A stretch of DNA of 64,000 nt, from the IMG/VR virus record IMGVR_UViG_3300009082_000959, one strand, 5' to 3'. Numbering within the stretch: position 1 is the stretch's first letter; each line of letters opens with the position of its first letter. The stretch comes from a virus (lineage: Duplodnaviria; Caudoviricetes). Made by a program: the position numbers and the translations under genes. Shown here piece after piece: positions 39,202 through 51,991 of the stretch. The notes under the pieces are model-generated. The model did no database searches. It worked only from the letters and a program-made list of their open reading frames with translations, and was not told where the DNA came from.

Positions 39202-40629
39202 TGCAGGGTAGTATGAAAAATTTATACCGCGATGTATTTAAACATAATTTTTATGCAAAGGAAGTATATATTATTGAATGTTATACTTTAATTCGGTGTT
39301 TAAATAACCATCACGAATATGAAGTTTATCACTGTTACTTTAAATAAAGGACATTATTAATGCAATCAGAAATGATGAATGTATTTAAATGTGGAAATAG
39401 AATAAATGCTATTTGGATTATGGAAGGATATGTTGATATTTATTTTAAAGATTCTTTTTGGTATTCTTATTTTTTAGGTGCGCTTATTTTGAATAACGGA
39501 GTCACAAATGCAATCAGATATGATAGCTTTATACTGTGATGTATTTAAATGTAATTGTAAGATATCAAGTTATAAAATATTACCAAAATTTCGCGCAAGT
39601 TATGGAACACACAGAAACCACATTAGAGTAAGTTGCGAGGGATCATCACAACATGATTTTTATATTATTTGGTATAAAAAATGATGCAACCAGAAATGAT
39701 AAGATTATATAAAAATATGTTTAAATGTCATTACAAAATAGTAGAGCATTACTTTATAGAAAACAACAGTGATAATAAAAAATGGGTAGTTGTAAGGGCT
39801 AATGGTGGGTTTCCATATTATACTGCTCACTTTATTGAGTGTGCAAATGAATAATATACAATCATTGATGGGAAATAATATGAAAATGCTGTATGCCGAT
39901 GTATTGAATCGTGGCCTTAAAATTGTGAAAGCGCCCATTTTTCGTGGCAAATTTATGTATATTTTCGTCGAGGTTGGTCCGGGAAGAAATGTATGTAGTA
40001 TATTTCGCTGCACAATTTAGGTGAGAAGACAATGCAATTTTATATGAAACAATTATATTGCGATATTTTTATGAGAAAATATAAAATAATAAGTTATAGT
40101 GATGAATTAAGATATGTTAATTCTAATGAAAAAATTATTGAAATAGTTTGCGGTGAGAATGGGTATATTTATCATTATTCTATCCATCACAAATAAGGAA
40201 ATCTACTAATGCAATTTTATATGAAAGTGTTATATCGGGATTATTTTAAATATGGATATAAAATAAACAATGTATATATCGATGATTTATCTAATGATAT
40301 TTTAAATATTTATTGTCATACATGTGAGTATCAAACATATACCATTAGAATTGGCTTTAATTATATATATGACATATGAAAAGTATATAATTAAAGCCAA
40401 TTGATATTTATAAAAGTTTAAATTTATGTATGTTTGTTTTAAAGATTTAATGTAGCTTACTCATATACTATAAGGTTTAATAAAAATGCAATATAGTATG
40501 AGACAATTATATATAGATATATTTAAATATGGAGAAAAGCCAAAAAGTGCTACTATATCACATAAAAAAATTGTGATATTTAGTTCATATGGTGATTCGC
40601 TACTTAGATATACGATAGATTTAGTTTGA
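39201..40629 (+). other. mini-gene array B: 8 ORFs plus one decayed unit
   Basis: Starts 39201, 39360, 39508, 39684, 39868, 40032, 40209, 40486; e.g. MQSDMIALYCDVFKCNCKI, MQYSMRQLYIDIFKYG. Confidence 0.85.
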
Positions 40630-40653
40630 CACTTGTGTTTTTTTAACTATACT
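40626..40653 (+). promoter_or_regulatory. sigma70-like promoter
   Basis: TTGACA -16 nt- TATACT, then SD AAGGAG. Confidence 0.55.
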
Positions 40654-40670
40654 ACATATCAAGGAGACAA

Positions 40671-40889
40671 ATGAATAGAGAAATTTTAAGAAACAAAGCG
40701 AAGAAAATGTATAAAGAGAACATAAAAAATGTTGCAAAGAATCAAAGGATATCTTTCAATGAGTTTTTTAAACGATACCGCGAGTCTCTCAAAAATAAGA
40801 GTTCAGACATCGTTGAGACAGAAGGCCAAGAAGACTTTGACTTGGAACAAGTAGCGAATGTGAATGAAGTAACGGAAAAGAAAGGTTGA
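40671..40889 (+). CDS. hypothetical protein
   Basis: SD AAGGAG; 72 aa. Confidence 0.6.
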   Translation: MNREILRNKAKKMYKENIKNVAKNQRISFNEFFKRYRESLKNKSSDIVETEGQEDFDLEQVANVNEVTEKKG

Positions 40890-40919
40890 TAAAGTAAATA
40901 TAATACTCTTAACAATTAA

Positions 40920-43639
<2,720 letters not shown>

Positions 43640-43645
43640 ATTTTG

Positions 43646-43677
43646 AATAGTGGGTGGCGTTGGCTGCCCACTATTTA
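43646..43677 (+). terminator. Rho-independent terminator after groEL
   Basis: AATAGTGGG...CCCACTATT stem. Confidence 0.65.
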
Positions 43678-43740
43678 CTCAATTCTAATAATATTTTTAT
43701 TTAAGAAAGGAAACCAAAATCCAATAAAAAGTGAGCACCA

Positions 43741-44835
43741 ATGGCCAGAAGCACTACACTGAAAGTAAAAAATACTACCGGAACAACCATTCCAAGAAAT
43801 TCGGCGGTTTGTCTTTTGGGGTTTGATTCAGTCGATCAAGTCTCTTTGATAGGTCTCGCAAGCAATGAAAGCGAGGACACAATGCCGGCCATTGGTGTTT
43901 TGAGAGAAGATTTACTCAATAATGAAATCGGTGTTGTGAAAATTAGTGGGCCGCTTGCTGGTTTTGATACATTGTCGCAGGCCGTGAATGACTATGTTTT
44001 TGTTGGGGTTGATGGTGCTGTGACTTTTGAAAACCCAGCAACACTAAACTCTACCGCCGTGTCCCAACAAATAGGAACAGTGTCACTGGTTGCAGAATAT
44101 CCCAATGGTCAAATTTACTTTTTTCCTGCGGAGATTAAAAATAGAGTATCTCACGCTGAATTAGTTGATGTTACTTCTGACCAACATCATACTAAAAATC
44201 ATTCAGACCAACACGAAGCAGGAGGAAATGACGAAATAAGCCATAGTCAATTGATTGGTTTAGATGAAGATGTGCATCAGCAATACTCTTTGGTTGATGG
44301 AACTCGTGCTTTCACTGGAACTGTTGGAGGAATATCGCCAACCCACGATGCCGACCTTACCACAAGACTCTATGTAAATTTGGAAGACAATGCTATAAAA
44401 GAAGAATTAGATGGCTATGCCTTGGTTTCAATAGAGAACGTGCGGTGGTCCGAACTAAACGATCAGACACAAAACATAAGAGATGCAATAGACGGATATC
44501 ATACACCAGGAGCCAACAATCTTACTGTCTTAAATACTGGCGGATTTATAGGAAATTACAAATATATCAATGATGCATATACAACAATTACGGTAGATTA
44601 TATAATAGGAGCCTCACATGGCCGATCAGTAACCGTAACATTTGGATCAGATTGCGAGGTAGCAGGCAGAGTATTTTATGTTTTCGATAACGATGGTAGT
44701 GCATCTGCACTAAATAAAATAATATTTGCGTCACAGTCTGGTAAAAGTTTGGTTGGCGCATATTCGGGCGGAATAACAGTTGCTTATTTATCAGTAATGT
44801 GCATTTGTGATGGGACCAAATGGATTATAAATTAA
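43741..44835 (+). CDS. putative virion fibre/decoration protein
   Basis: TMPAIG...G.V.ISG.LAGFDT N-terminal motif; H..L.GLDED.HQQY and GTRAFTG fibre-like motifs; Thr/Gly/Ser-rich. Confidence 0.55.
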   Translation: MARSTTLKVKNTTGTTIPRNSAVCLLGFDSVDQVSLIGLASNESEDTMPAIGVLREDLLNNEIGVVKISGPLAGFDTLSQAVNDYVFVGVDGAVTFENPATLNSTAVSQQIGTVSLVAEYPNGQIYFFPAEIKNRVSHAELVDVTSDQHHTKNHSDQHEAGGNDEISHSQLIGLDEDVHQQYSLVDGTRAFTGTVGGISPTHDADLTTRLYVNLEDNAIKEELDGYALVSIENVRWSELNDQTQNIRDAIDGYHTPGANNLTVLNTGGFIGNYKYINDAYTTITVDYIIGASHGRSVTVTFGSDCEVAGRVFYVFDNDGSASALNKIIFASQSGKSLVGAYSGGITVAYLSVMCICDGTKWIIN

Positions 44836-44842
44836 GGAAATT

Positions 44843-45106
44843 ATGGAAAATTACATTAACGAAATACTCAAAAAATTCAACGAAGATCAAAATCATCCAG
44901 AATTAAACGATACAGAAAAAACTCTTTTAAAAAAAATGTTGGAAGTAAATAGTGTTGTTTTAGAAACAATAGAAAAAATAAATCAATTAAATAAAGAAAT
45001 AGATGAAAGAAAACGGCATGGAGATGAATTAGTTCAACAGGTGATTAAACTTCAAGGGCAAAGCCAGGGTATTTTAGATTCATTGTTGTTGCTAAAATCT
45101 AAATAA
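44843..45106 (+). CDS. coiled-coil hypothetical protein
   Basis: Heptad-rich, 87 aa. Confidence 0.55.
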   Translation: MENYINEILKKFNEDQNHPELNDTEKTLLKKMLEVNSVVLETIEKINQLNKEIDERKRHGDELVQQVIKLQGQSQGILDSLLLLKSK

Positions 45107-45117
45107 CGAGGTTTAAA

Positions 45118-45411
45118 ATGAGCAACGAGAAAATTGCCGAAAGCCAAAAAGACAAAGCAATGCGGTTGATGTTTGCATTGTTTTGTGAAAGGGTAAGGGG
45201 AAAATGGGTTGTATCAGTTGGCCGTGTGTCATGGTGGCTATCATTTATTCCAGCATTATATATATGGCTGTTGTGTCCTGGCGAGGGTGTTGTTTCAGAT
45301 ATAACAGACCACCATATGACGTTGCTTATTACTCTGGCGGCATATAATTTAGGAAAGCATGGTCTCGAAGCAATGTTTAAAAAGAAGGAAGAAAAAGAAG
45401 AAGTAGCATAA
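45118..45411 (+). CDS. small membrane protein (holin-like)
   Basis: Two hydrophobic segments, charged C-terminal tail KKKEEKEEVA. Confidence 0.5.
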   Translation: MSNEKIAESQKDKAMRLMFALFCERVRGKWVVSVGRVSWWLSFIPALYIWLLCPGEGVVSDITDHHMTLLITLAAYNLGKHGLEAMFKKKEEKEEVA

Positions 45412-45434
45412 TAAACATTTATAGCTATAAAATT

Positions 45435-45460
45435 GGCCGACTTTTTGTCGGCCTTTTTAT
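45435..45460 (+). terminator. Rho-independent terminator
   Basis: GGCCGAC-TTTTT-GTCGGCC followed by TTTTTAT. Confidence 0.75.
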
Positions 45461-45472
45461 TTTGGGGCCGAC

Positions 45473-45697
45473 ATGATTTATAATACGATAAGTATAGAAG
45501 TATTTTCAAAACAATTAAAAGAATCATTGAGCGAGAGAGTGGAAAAATTTTCCAAACATATGGAAGAAAAATTTAAAAATAATCCGGAATCATCTACCCT
45601 AAAATCTAAACAAGATTGGATGGTAGAGTATCAAAAATGGATAGTAGCAGAGAGTATAAAGAAAAGTTGCATAGACTACATTGGAGAGACACAATGA
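45473..45697 (+). CDS. hypothetical protein
   Basis: 74 aa. Confidence 0.5.
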   Translation: MIYNTISIEVFSKQLKESLSERVEKFSKHMEEKFKNNPESSTLKSKQDWMVEYQKWIVAESIKKSCIDYIGETQ

Positions 45698-46317
45698 GAA
45701 TAGTTTGTATTTCTGATACACATAGAAATCACAGGAACATTAATGTTCCAGATGGTGACGTTCTGGTTCATGCTGGTGATATAGGATTAGAAAAATGTCA
45801 TCCGGGGTTAGTGTCCGACTTTAATGGTTGGCTTGGTAATTTGCCTCACAAGCATAAAATTATTATTCCAGGCAATCACGATTACTACATAGAAAGATTT
45901 CCAAAAGAAGTTAGAGAACAACTCACTAATTGTAATCTTTTAATAGACCAATCAATAATGGTAAAGGGTATTAAATTTTATGGTTCTCCTTGGCAACCAG
46001 AATTTTTTAATTGGTCTTTTAATCTGCCGCGGGGTGAAAGATTAAAAAAAGTGTGGGATAATATTCCAAGTAGCACTGATATACTAATTACGCATGGACC
46101 TCCTGCTGGAATTTTAGATAAAACTTACGATGGATTATCTGTTGGGTGCAAAGATTTGCTTGAAAGAATTGACGCCTTAAAATTGAAAGCGCATATATCA
46201 GGACATATTCATTTCTCGTATGGCTCTGTGAAAATTGGAGATACTACTTTTGTGAATGCCAGCCTGTGCGATGATAGAAATATTTTAATAAATGAACCAA
46301 TAGTAATAGATATTTAG
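45694..46317 (+). CDS. calcineurin-like metallophosphoesterase (MPPED-like)
   Basis: ISDTH, HAGD, PGNHD, LITHGPP, SGHIH. Confidence 0.88.
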   Translation: MRIVCISDTHRNHRNINVPDGDVLVHAGDIGLEKCHPGLVSDFNGWLGNLPHKHKIIIPGNHDYYIERFPKEVREQLTNCNLLIDQSIMVKGIKFYGSPWQPEFFNWSFNLPRGERLKKVWDNIPSSTDILITHGPPAGILDKTYDGLSVGCKDLLERIDALKLKAHISGHIHFSYGSVKIGDTTFVNASLCDDRNILINEPIVIDI

Positions 46318-46324
46318 GTAAAAA

Positions 46325-46678
46325 ATGATAGTTTTACACGATGTATATACTGCATATTTGTCTGGTTTGACTACCAAACTCAACGAAAAAGAAATTTGGT
46401 GGAAAACTCCTTACGGATTAAGTGTTACAGTAGAATTGGTTAATGTTCGGTGGGAAAAGTATATTGTTAGACGATATTGGAGCAATGGTAATGTATGCTG
46501 GGAAAGAAATTATTATAAAGATAAACAGCACGGTTCAGACAAAAGTTACTATGAAAATGGCAGTATATGGCTTGATGCCAACTGGTGTAAAAACCGTTTA
46601 AACGGTTGGATAAGTGAATATTGTAGCGACGGAACATTAATATACAAACAAAATTACAAACACGGAAAATTACTATGA
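46325..46678 (+). CDS. MORN_2 repeat protein with conserved leader
   Basis: MIVLHDVYTAYLSGLTTKLNEKEIWW. Confidence 0.85.
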   Translation: MIVLHDVYTAYLSGLTTKLNEKEIWWKTPYGLSVTVELVNVRWEKYIVRRYWSNGNVCWERNYYKDKQHGSDKSYYENGSIWLDANWCKNRLNGWISEYCSDGTLIYKQNYKHGKLL

Positions 46679-47163
46679 CAGATTTACATATAATGATGAC
46701 TAATTATCTTGCCTTAGCAGCTAAACAAAAAACTGATATGACACTTTTGCACGATGCCTACGCAGCATATTTGTCTGGCCTTACCACTAAAAAAAATGAA
46801 AACGAAATTTGGTGGAAAACCAAGGATGGATATAAAATTACCGTAGAATTGGTAAATTTAAGATTGGAAAAATATATTGTAAGGGACTACTATGATGACG
46901 GTAGTTTGTGGAGCGAAGAAAATTATCGCAAAGGCCAATTACACGGTCGGCGTGTGAGTTATTTTAAAAATGGCAAGTTAAGATGTGAAGAAAATTATTA
47001 CAACAGTCAATTACACGGTTTGTATAAAGAATATTATGAAGATGGTAGTTTAATGTTCAAAATAAGTTATGACAAAGGTCAATTACATGGGCCAATAATA
47101 GAATACCGTGATGGCAATATATATAGTACAACCACGGACAAAGAATATGACACTTTTACATGA
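46675..47163 (+). CDS. MORN_2 repeat protein with duplicated leader (second start 46738)
   Basis: MTDLHIMMTNYLAL...KTD-MTLLHDAYAAYLSGL. Confidence 0.8.
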   Translation: MTDLHIMMTNYLALAAKQKTDMTLLHDAYAAYLSGLTTKKNENEIWWKTKDGYKITVELVNLRLEKYIVRDYYDDGSLWSEENYRKGQLHGRRVSYFKNGKLRCEENYYNSQLHGLYKEYYEDGSLMFKISYDKGQLHGPIIEYRDGNIYSTTTDKEYDTFT

Positions 47164-47743
47164 CGCCTACACTGCTTATTTGGCTGGTTTGACTACCGAA
47201 ATAAAAGCTGGAATATTATGGAAAGATGAACACGGAATAAATGTGGTCATTAAAATAATTGATGCTAAAAAAGAAACATATAGGGTTCGTTATTACCACA
47301 AAAATGGAACAGTCGTTAATGAAAAACACTACAAAGGTAATTTTTTACACGGGCAATCGATAGAAAGATATACATCGGGAAAAATAAAAAAGATAAGTAA
47401 TTTCAATAAAGGCATTGAATGCAAATTTTCCATAGTATATGATAAATTTGGCCAAAAAATAATAGAAGAAACCTTTAATAATAAGGGTGCGCCTATTGAT
47501 ATAAAAAGATACGCAGATGGTAAAATATATTTTCATATGGTAACTATTTCAAAAAATACTCGTGATGTAGAACATTATGATGAGAATGAAAACAAATGCC
47601 GTGTAGATAGATTTTGTGATGGGAACCTTATCTGCAAAACAGAATACCACATTAATGGCAAAATAAAGAGCATAAGACGTCACGGGGAATTCATTGCATA
47701 TGATACAGAGGGTAATATTATAGAAAGAAAAATTTATGAATGA
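47147..47743 (+). CDS. divergent long MORN-family protein
   Basis: MTLLHDAYTAYLAGLTT at 47147, then degenerate repeats. Confidence 0.75.
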   Translation: MTLLHDAYTAYLAGLTTEIKAGILWKDEHGINVVIKIIDAKKETYRVRYYHKNGTVVNEKHYKGNFLHGQSIERYTSGKIKKISNFNKGIECKFSIVYDKFGQKIIEETFNNKGAPIDIKRYADGKIYFHMVTISKNTRDVEHYDENENKCRVDRFCDGNLICKTEYHINGKIKSIRRHGEFIAYDTEGNIIERKIYE

Positions 47744-48590
47744 TATTATTGTTGATATTTTTTGCAAACTTCGTGGTCATTTTTTTGACACCGCGCTAAA
47801 CCCAATACCGTTTCACTTGCGGCCTAAAATAAATACGCAAGATGACCCGCTTGACGAATACATAACAAAAGAGATATTATCAAAGTTGAGCGGTGGCATA
47901 AAGTGCGAGCGTAGTGGTTCTCTTACTTCACCGGATGCAGTGATTTATAGCCAAGATGCAAGTCAATTACATCCGATACAATTAGATAATAATATTAAAA
48001 AAATGGTTGGATTAGAAATTAAAAAAGTGGGAAGACGCAACAATGGGACACTTGCGAGATTAAATACAATAGATTTTAATTCTACCCCGCCGTGTGGAAC
48101 AATATTAGTTTATAGTAATTTAGATGAATCAATGCCCATCAGATGTTTTTATCTATTTGTTTGTTTAGAGAAATCAAAAAAGAATGTTTTTATTTCTTCA
48201 TTATCTTTGGTGGATGGTGACCTACTAAATGATGACTTTGATTTTTATTTAAGCATTGTTGGTGAGAGAGAAAAAACAATTAGCCTGGGCTCTTATGGTG
48301 ATGGAATTAATAGGTCAAGGCCAATGCTTGTGTTTCCTAATCCCTTGTCAATTTCTGTGTTCGATCGTAATGCTACACTAATACATTACGATACAAACAT
48401 TCACGGTATGTCAAAAATAGCGACAATAAATAGGTTAAATGTATCTGGCACAAACAAACAATTTACTTGTTATTGTGCAAAGGGTGATTCGAAATTAAGC
48501 GAAATCATAAATCTTGGAGACCCATTTACTGTTCCGAAAAATAGAAGCATAAGAACAAATCAACGAGGAAAGTTTAAAATATCATTTTAG
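47736..48590 (+). CDS. PD-(D/E)xK nuclease, type II restriction endonuclease-like
   Basis: SPDAVI...GLEIKK; DFNSTPPCG. Confidence 0.5.
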   Translation: MNDIIVDIFCKLRGHFFDTALNPIPFHLRPKINTQDDPLDEYITKEILSKLSGGIKCERSGSLTSPDAVIYSQDASQLHPIQLDNNIKKMVGLEIKKVGRRNNGTLARLNTIDFNSTPPCGTILVYSNLDESMPIRCFYLFVCLEKSKKNVFISSLSLVDGDLLNDDFDFYLSIVGEREKTISLGSYGDGINRSRPMLVFPNPLSISVFDRNATLIHYDTNIHGMSKIATINRLNVSGTNKQFTCYCAKGDSKLSEIINLGDPFTVPKNRSIRTNQRGKFKISF

Positions 48591-48597
48591 GGAAAAC

Positions 48598-48915
48598 ATG
48601 AAAATTACAAAAAGATGGAATAATTTAATAAATATTAGCAAAATAAATTACGATATGGTTGAGATAGATGAATCGGTATATGCTTGCGCCCCAAGCGTTT
48701 TAGATAATAAAGAAATATTAAACAGTTTGAGCACTGGGAAATTATGTGACTTTTACACAGTAGAAAGTTTAAAAGATAAAAGGTCGAGTCATTTAAATTT
48801 ATCTATTATGTGGGAGGCCGTAGCAAGGTGGGTGTATAGGTGTCAGTGTGGTGCTGAAAAAACTAAAACAACTCATTCATTGTGGTGTCCAAAACATGAC
48901 AGTCACAGAAAATAA
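48598..48915 (+). CDS. hypothetical protein with C-terminal zinc knuckle
   Basis: CQCGAEK...HSLWCPKH. Confidence 0.55.
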   Translation: MKITKRWNNLINISKINYDMVEIDESVYACAPSVLDNKEILNSLSTGKLCDFYTVESLKDKRSSHLNLSIMWEAVARWVYRCQCGAEKTKTTHSLWCPKHDSHRK

Positions 48916-49053
48916 TGCATTATATTTTATAGTTTTTGTGAAGGGTTATAAATTATCAAACGATGAAACAAAGATTTATATTCTTTCAAAAACGGATGGC
49001 CGGCAGTTATGCTGGTATCCAATACATGATTAATTTAGATAGGAGATGATGCT

Positions 49054-49350
49054 ATGTCAAAGTGTTATGATGAATTGGTTAAAGAAAACCAATCATTGAA
49101 AAATTTTATTCACAAAGTAGAAACATCACAAATGAGTTTGGTTATTGCTGATTTAATAGCATCAAAAGAAAATATCCAATTATTAGTTTTAAAGTATAAA
49201 GAACTGTTGGATAAAAATAGCAACCAAGAATTAGAGTTAAAAGATTATAGAAGTCATGTGCTAATGCTAAAAAATAAAATACAATTACTTGAAGAAGAGT
49301 GCGTAGTTTTGCACAACCAAGTTTATAATTACGAAAAATGGAGACAGTAA
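49054..49350 (+). CDS. coiled-coil hypothetical protein
   Basis: SD AGGAG. Confidence 0.55.
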   Translation: MSKCYDELVKENQSLKNFIHKVETSQMSLVIADLIASKENIQLLVLKYKELLDKNSNQELELKDYRSHVLMLKNKIQLLEEECVVLHNQVYNYEKWRQ

Positions 49351-49583
49351 TGAGTTCATATAATGTCGATGAGTCCCTAAAAATAATTGATGATCTGTTG
49401 GGCGTTGCAGGCGAAGTATATGAAGCGACAATGAATGACCTTGTTGAGGTCGAGCAAGGTGTATGCCCCGAAGAAATAGAAATTGCGCAAACAAAATTTA
49501 AAGAAGTGGTAGAAAAACTTCGCAGAAGGGTTTCTGATTTACATTACCACATAGAGTATTTGGAAGAAAAAGATTGTTGGTAA
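49350..49583 (+). CDS. hypothetical protein
   Basis: TAATG-coupled. Confidence 0.5.
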   Translation: MSSYNVDESLKIIDDLLGVAGEVYEATMNDLVEVEQGVCPEEIEIAQTKFKEVVEKLRRRVSDLHYHIEYLEEKDCW

Positions 49584-49936
49584 TCATAAGATTGGAGGAT
49601 AATGTGAGTTATACTGTCGAAGAAGCATTCAAAGAAATAGAAAATGACAAGAAAGTTTCAGAACAAAAAAAGATTAAGGAATTGGAAGAAAATTATAAAT
49701 GTATGATAAAGACTATGTGTGAGTCTTATACTGGTCTTCGTTCTGCGTTATTTGATATTAGTTGTGATGGTTTCAATTACAATGCTAATAGTAATATGGT
49801 GAAAGTCACTACAACGGAAAAATGGGCCAATACTTTAATAGACCAGTGGATAAATAATGATCCCGATTTAGTGTTTATTAGCGGGAATTTCGTTACATTG
49901 TTGTCTGAATTTGTTATCAGAAATAGAGAAACTTAA
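49574..49936 (+). CDS. hypothetical protein
   Basis: 120 aa; start uncertain. Confidence 0.5.
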   Translation: MLVIIRLEDNVSYTVEEAFKEIENDKKVSEQKKIKELEENYKCMIKTMCESYTGLRSALFDISCDGFNYNANSNMVKVTTTEKWANTLIDQWINNDPDLVFISGNFVTLLSEFVIRNRET

Positions 49937-49955
49937 TATTTTTTGCGGAGGCAGT

Positions 49956-50138
49956 ATGCCAATTTACGAATATAAATGCAAACATTGTGGTAAAAAAATA
50001 GAGTTATTTCAAAAATTAGATGAACTTCCCCCGATGTGTGAGTGCGGCGCAGGCGAAATGTCAAAAGAAATTAGCCTTTCGACATTCATATTAAAGGGAA
50101 CTGGGTGGTATAAAACCGACTACAAAAATAAAAAATAG
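49956..50138 (+). CDS. FmdB-family zinc-ribbon protein
   Basis: MPIYEYKCKHCG...C.CG...F.LKG.GWY.TDY; SD GGAGG. Confidence 0.88.
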   Translation: MPIYEYKCKHCGKKIELFQKLDELPPMCECGAGEMSKEISLSTFILKGTGWYKTDYKNKK

Positions 50139-50146
50139 GAAGTGTA

Positions 50147-50542
50147 ATGAAAACAATACTTATGTTTAAAGATTATAACAAATATAAAAATATACTTTTT
50201 GATGTCTCCACAAAAGAACAAGAGAAAAAAATATACGCTTATATTTTGAAAAAATTCTTAAATAAAAAGAAGATGATTAAAACCCAAAAAGAAAATATGG
50301 CGAGAGTTGATTTCAGTTGCAAGGCTTGTAAAAACAAACGCTTTATTATAGCAGACAATGAAAAATATCCGTGCCCAATTTGTAGGGCCGATGATTCGGA
50401 TTTTATGTATCATGCGGGAGTGATTAAAAACATAGATTTTCTTTATGATAAAGCCCTAAACGGTAATAGAAAATCATTTAGATATTTGATGGAATACTAT
50501 TACGACGGCTACATAGAATATTTAAATGTGAAAGAAATATGA
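50147..50542 (+). CDS. hypothetical protein with CxxC...CPxC
   Basis: CKAC...CPIC. Confidence 0.55.
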   Translation: MKTILMFKDYNKYKNILFDVSTKEQEKKIYAYILKKFLNKKKMIKTQKENMARVDFSCKACKNKRFIIADNEKYPCPICRADDSDFMYHAGVIKNIDFLYDKALNGNRKSFRYLMEYYYDGYIEYLNVKEI

Positions 50543-51021
50543 TTATAACAAACGCCGCACAATTAAAAATTCCGTGCAAAAGGATATCAATTTTTGAGGC
50601 ATTTCCAGTAATTGATTTACTTAAAATAGAATTAGAGCGCCATAAGAATGGCGTAGGTCTCGCGGCCAATCAAATAGGTATAGATGCTTGTGTTTGTGTT
50701 GTGCAATCAAATGAACTAATAGCCTTAATTAATCCGGTCATTGTTGGTGCATACGACTTGGTTGAATTTAAAAACGAAGGTTGTTTAAGTTTTCCAAATC
50801 AATATATAACAACCAAACGACATAATGAAATTTTTGTGAAGGATGATTTACACCCATATGGTTTGATATTTTATGGGTTTGAGGCCGTTCAAGTTGAGCA
50901 TGAGGTAGGCCACTTAAACGGAGAAACTATGTTTGATTATGAAATAAAAATACCACAAAGAAACGAGAAATGTTGGTGTGGCAGTGGAATCAAGTATAAA
51001 AATTGCCATGGTAAAAAATAA
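50539..51021 (+). CDS. def: peptide deformylase with C-terminal SEC-C motif
   Basis: GVGLAANQIG, EGCLS, HEVGHLNG; RNEKCWCGSGIKYKNCHG. Confidence 0.9.
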   Translation: MIITNAAQLKIPCKRISIFEAFPVIDLLKIELERHKNGVGLAANQIGIDACVCVVQSNELIALINPVIVGAYDLVEFKNEGCLSFPNQYITTKRHNEIFVKDDLHPYGLIFYGFEAVQVEHEVGHLNGETMFDYEIKIPQRNEKCWCGSGIKYKNCHGKK

Positions 51022-51037
51022 ATGGAGAGTATAGAAT

Positions 51038-51991
51038 ATGAATAGTGAATATTTTTACGACGAAATTTTAAAAAGCGCGGGCAATGAAAAACAATTTAAA
51101 CTATTGATAAGTGTGGTTCCACCAAAAAATATATCTGATTTTTTGTGTATAAAAAGAATGGTGGAAGCAAAAAGCTATAATCCAAAAATATTAAAAACAA
51201 CCATAAATGCTATGTTTGACGCACACATAAAAAAAATAATTAAGACAAAAAATAGCTACTATTATGATGGCGGAAGAGACAATGTTGTTACATTATATGC
51301 AATATTAAAACATATTCAAATTAACAAAAAAGTTATTAAAAGAGTAATAGATATTCTACCATTTATTCCACACAAAATAGACTATGCTCCAATGTTGATA
51401 GCAACTATTCTAAAATACAAAATAAGTTCTGATGAGGCATATAAAATTTTTAATTCACAATGGGAATCTTTATCTCAAAAAAACAGACAACTATTACTAT
51501 CAAAAATTGATGGCGGAATTGACAATAAAAACTTTTGTAAATCTACAAGTAAATCAGTTGCTTTATTTGTGTCTGGCAAAACTGACGAAGAAAAACCTTT
51601 AAAACTTATGAAGAAATACATATTAAAAGATATAAGGTTGTCAAGTTTCTTACCACGGAATAAAAAGATTAATTTTACAAAAAAAGATTTAGAGGAAATG
51701 AATCCTGAAAATAGATTTTATATTCTCGACGAACTTTTGCCACTATCATATAGCTCGACACTTAAAATGTCTGAATTACTTTATATTAAACATTTTTCTT
51801 ATAATTGGGGCAAAACTACCATCGATATATTGCCGGTAGAGTGTATGGAAAAACTATTGTTTTCCGTCGTAATAGACAACGACACAGACGCCGGTGACTG
51901 GTTGAAAAATTATAGAATATTTGTTAAACTTGCTCCAAGGTCACCAATAGCGAAATATTTTAATTTTATGAAAGAGGAAAGCAATGATTGA
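51038..51991 (+). CDS. ~300-aa helical protein, family member 4 of 5
   Basis: INFTKKDLEEMNPENRFYILDEL...ECMEKLLFSVVIDND. Confidence 0.6.
   Translation: MNSEYFYDEILKSAGNEKQFKLLISVVPPKNISDFLCIKRMVEAKSYNPKILKTTINAMFDAHIKKIIKTKNSYYYDGGRDNVVTLYAILKHIQINKKVIKRVIDILPFIPHKIDYAPMLIATILKYKISSDEAYKIFNSQWESLSQKNRQLLLSKIDGGIDNKNFCKSTSKSVALFVSGKTDEEKPLKLMKKYILKDIRLSSFLPRNKKINFTKKDLEEMNPENRFYILDELLPLSYSSTLKMSELLYIKHFSYNWGKTTIDILPVECMEKLLFSVVIDNDTDAGDWLKNYRIFVKLAPRSPIAKYFNFMKEESND

Noticed and set aside
37338-40629. Integron-like cassette array
   Set aside because: Genes overlap or abut with no room for attC-type palindromes, and no integrase was seen.
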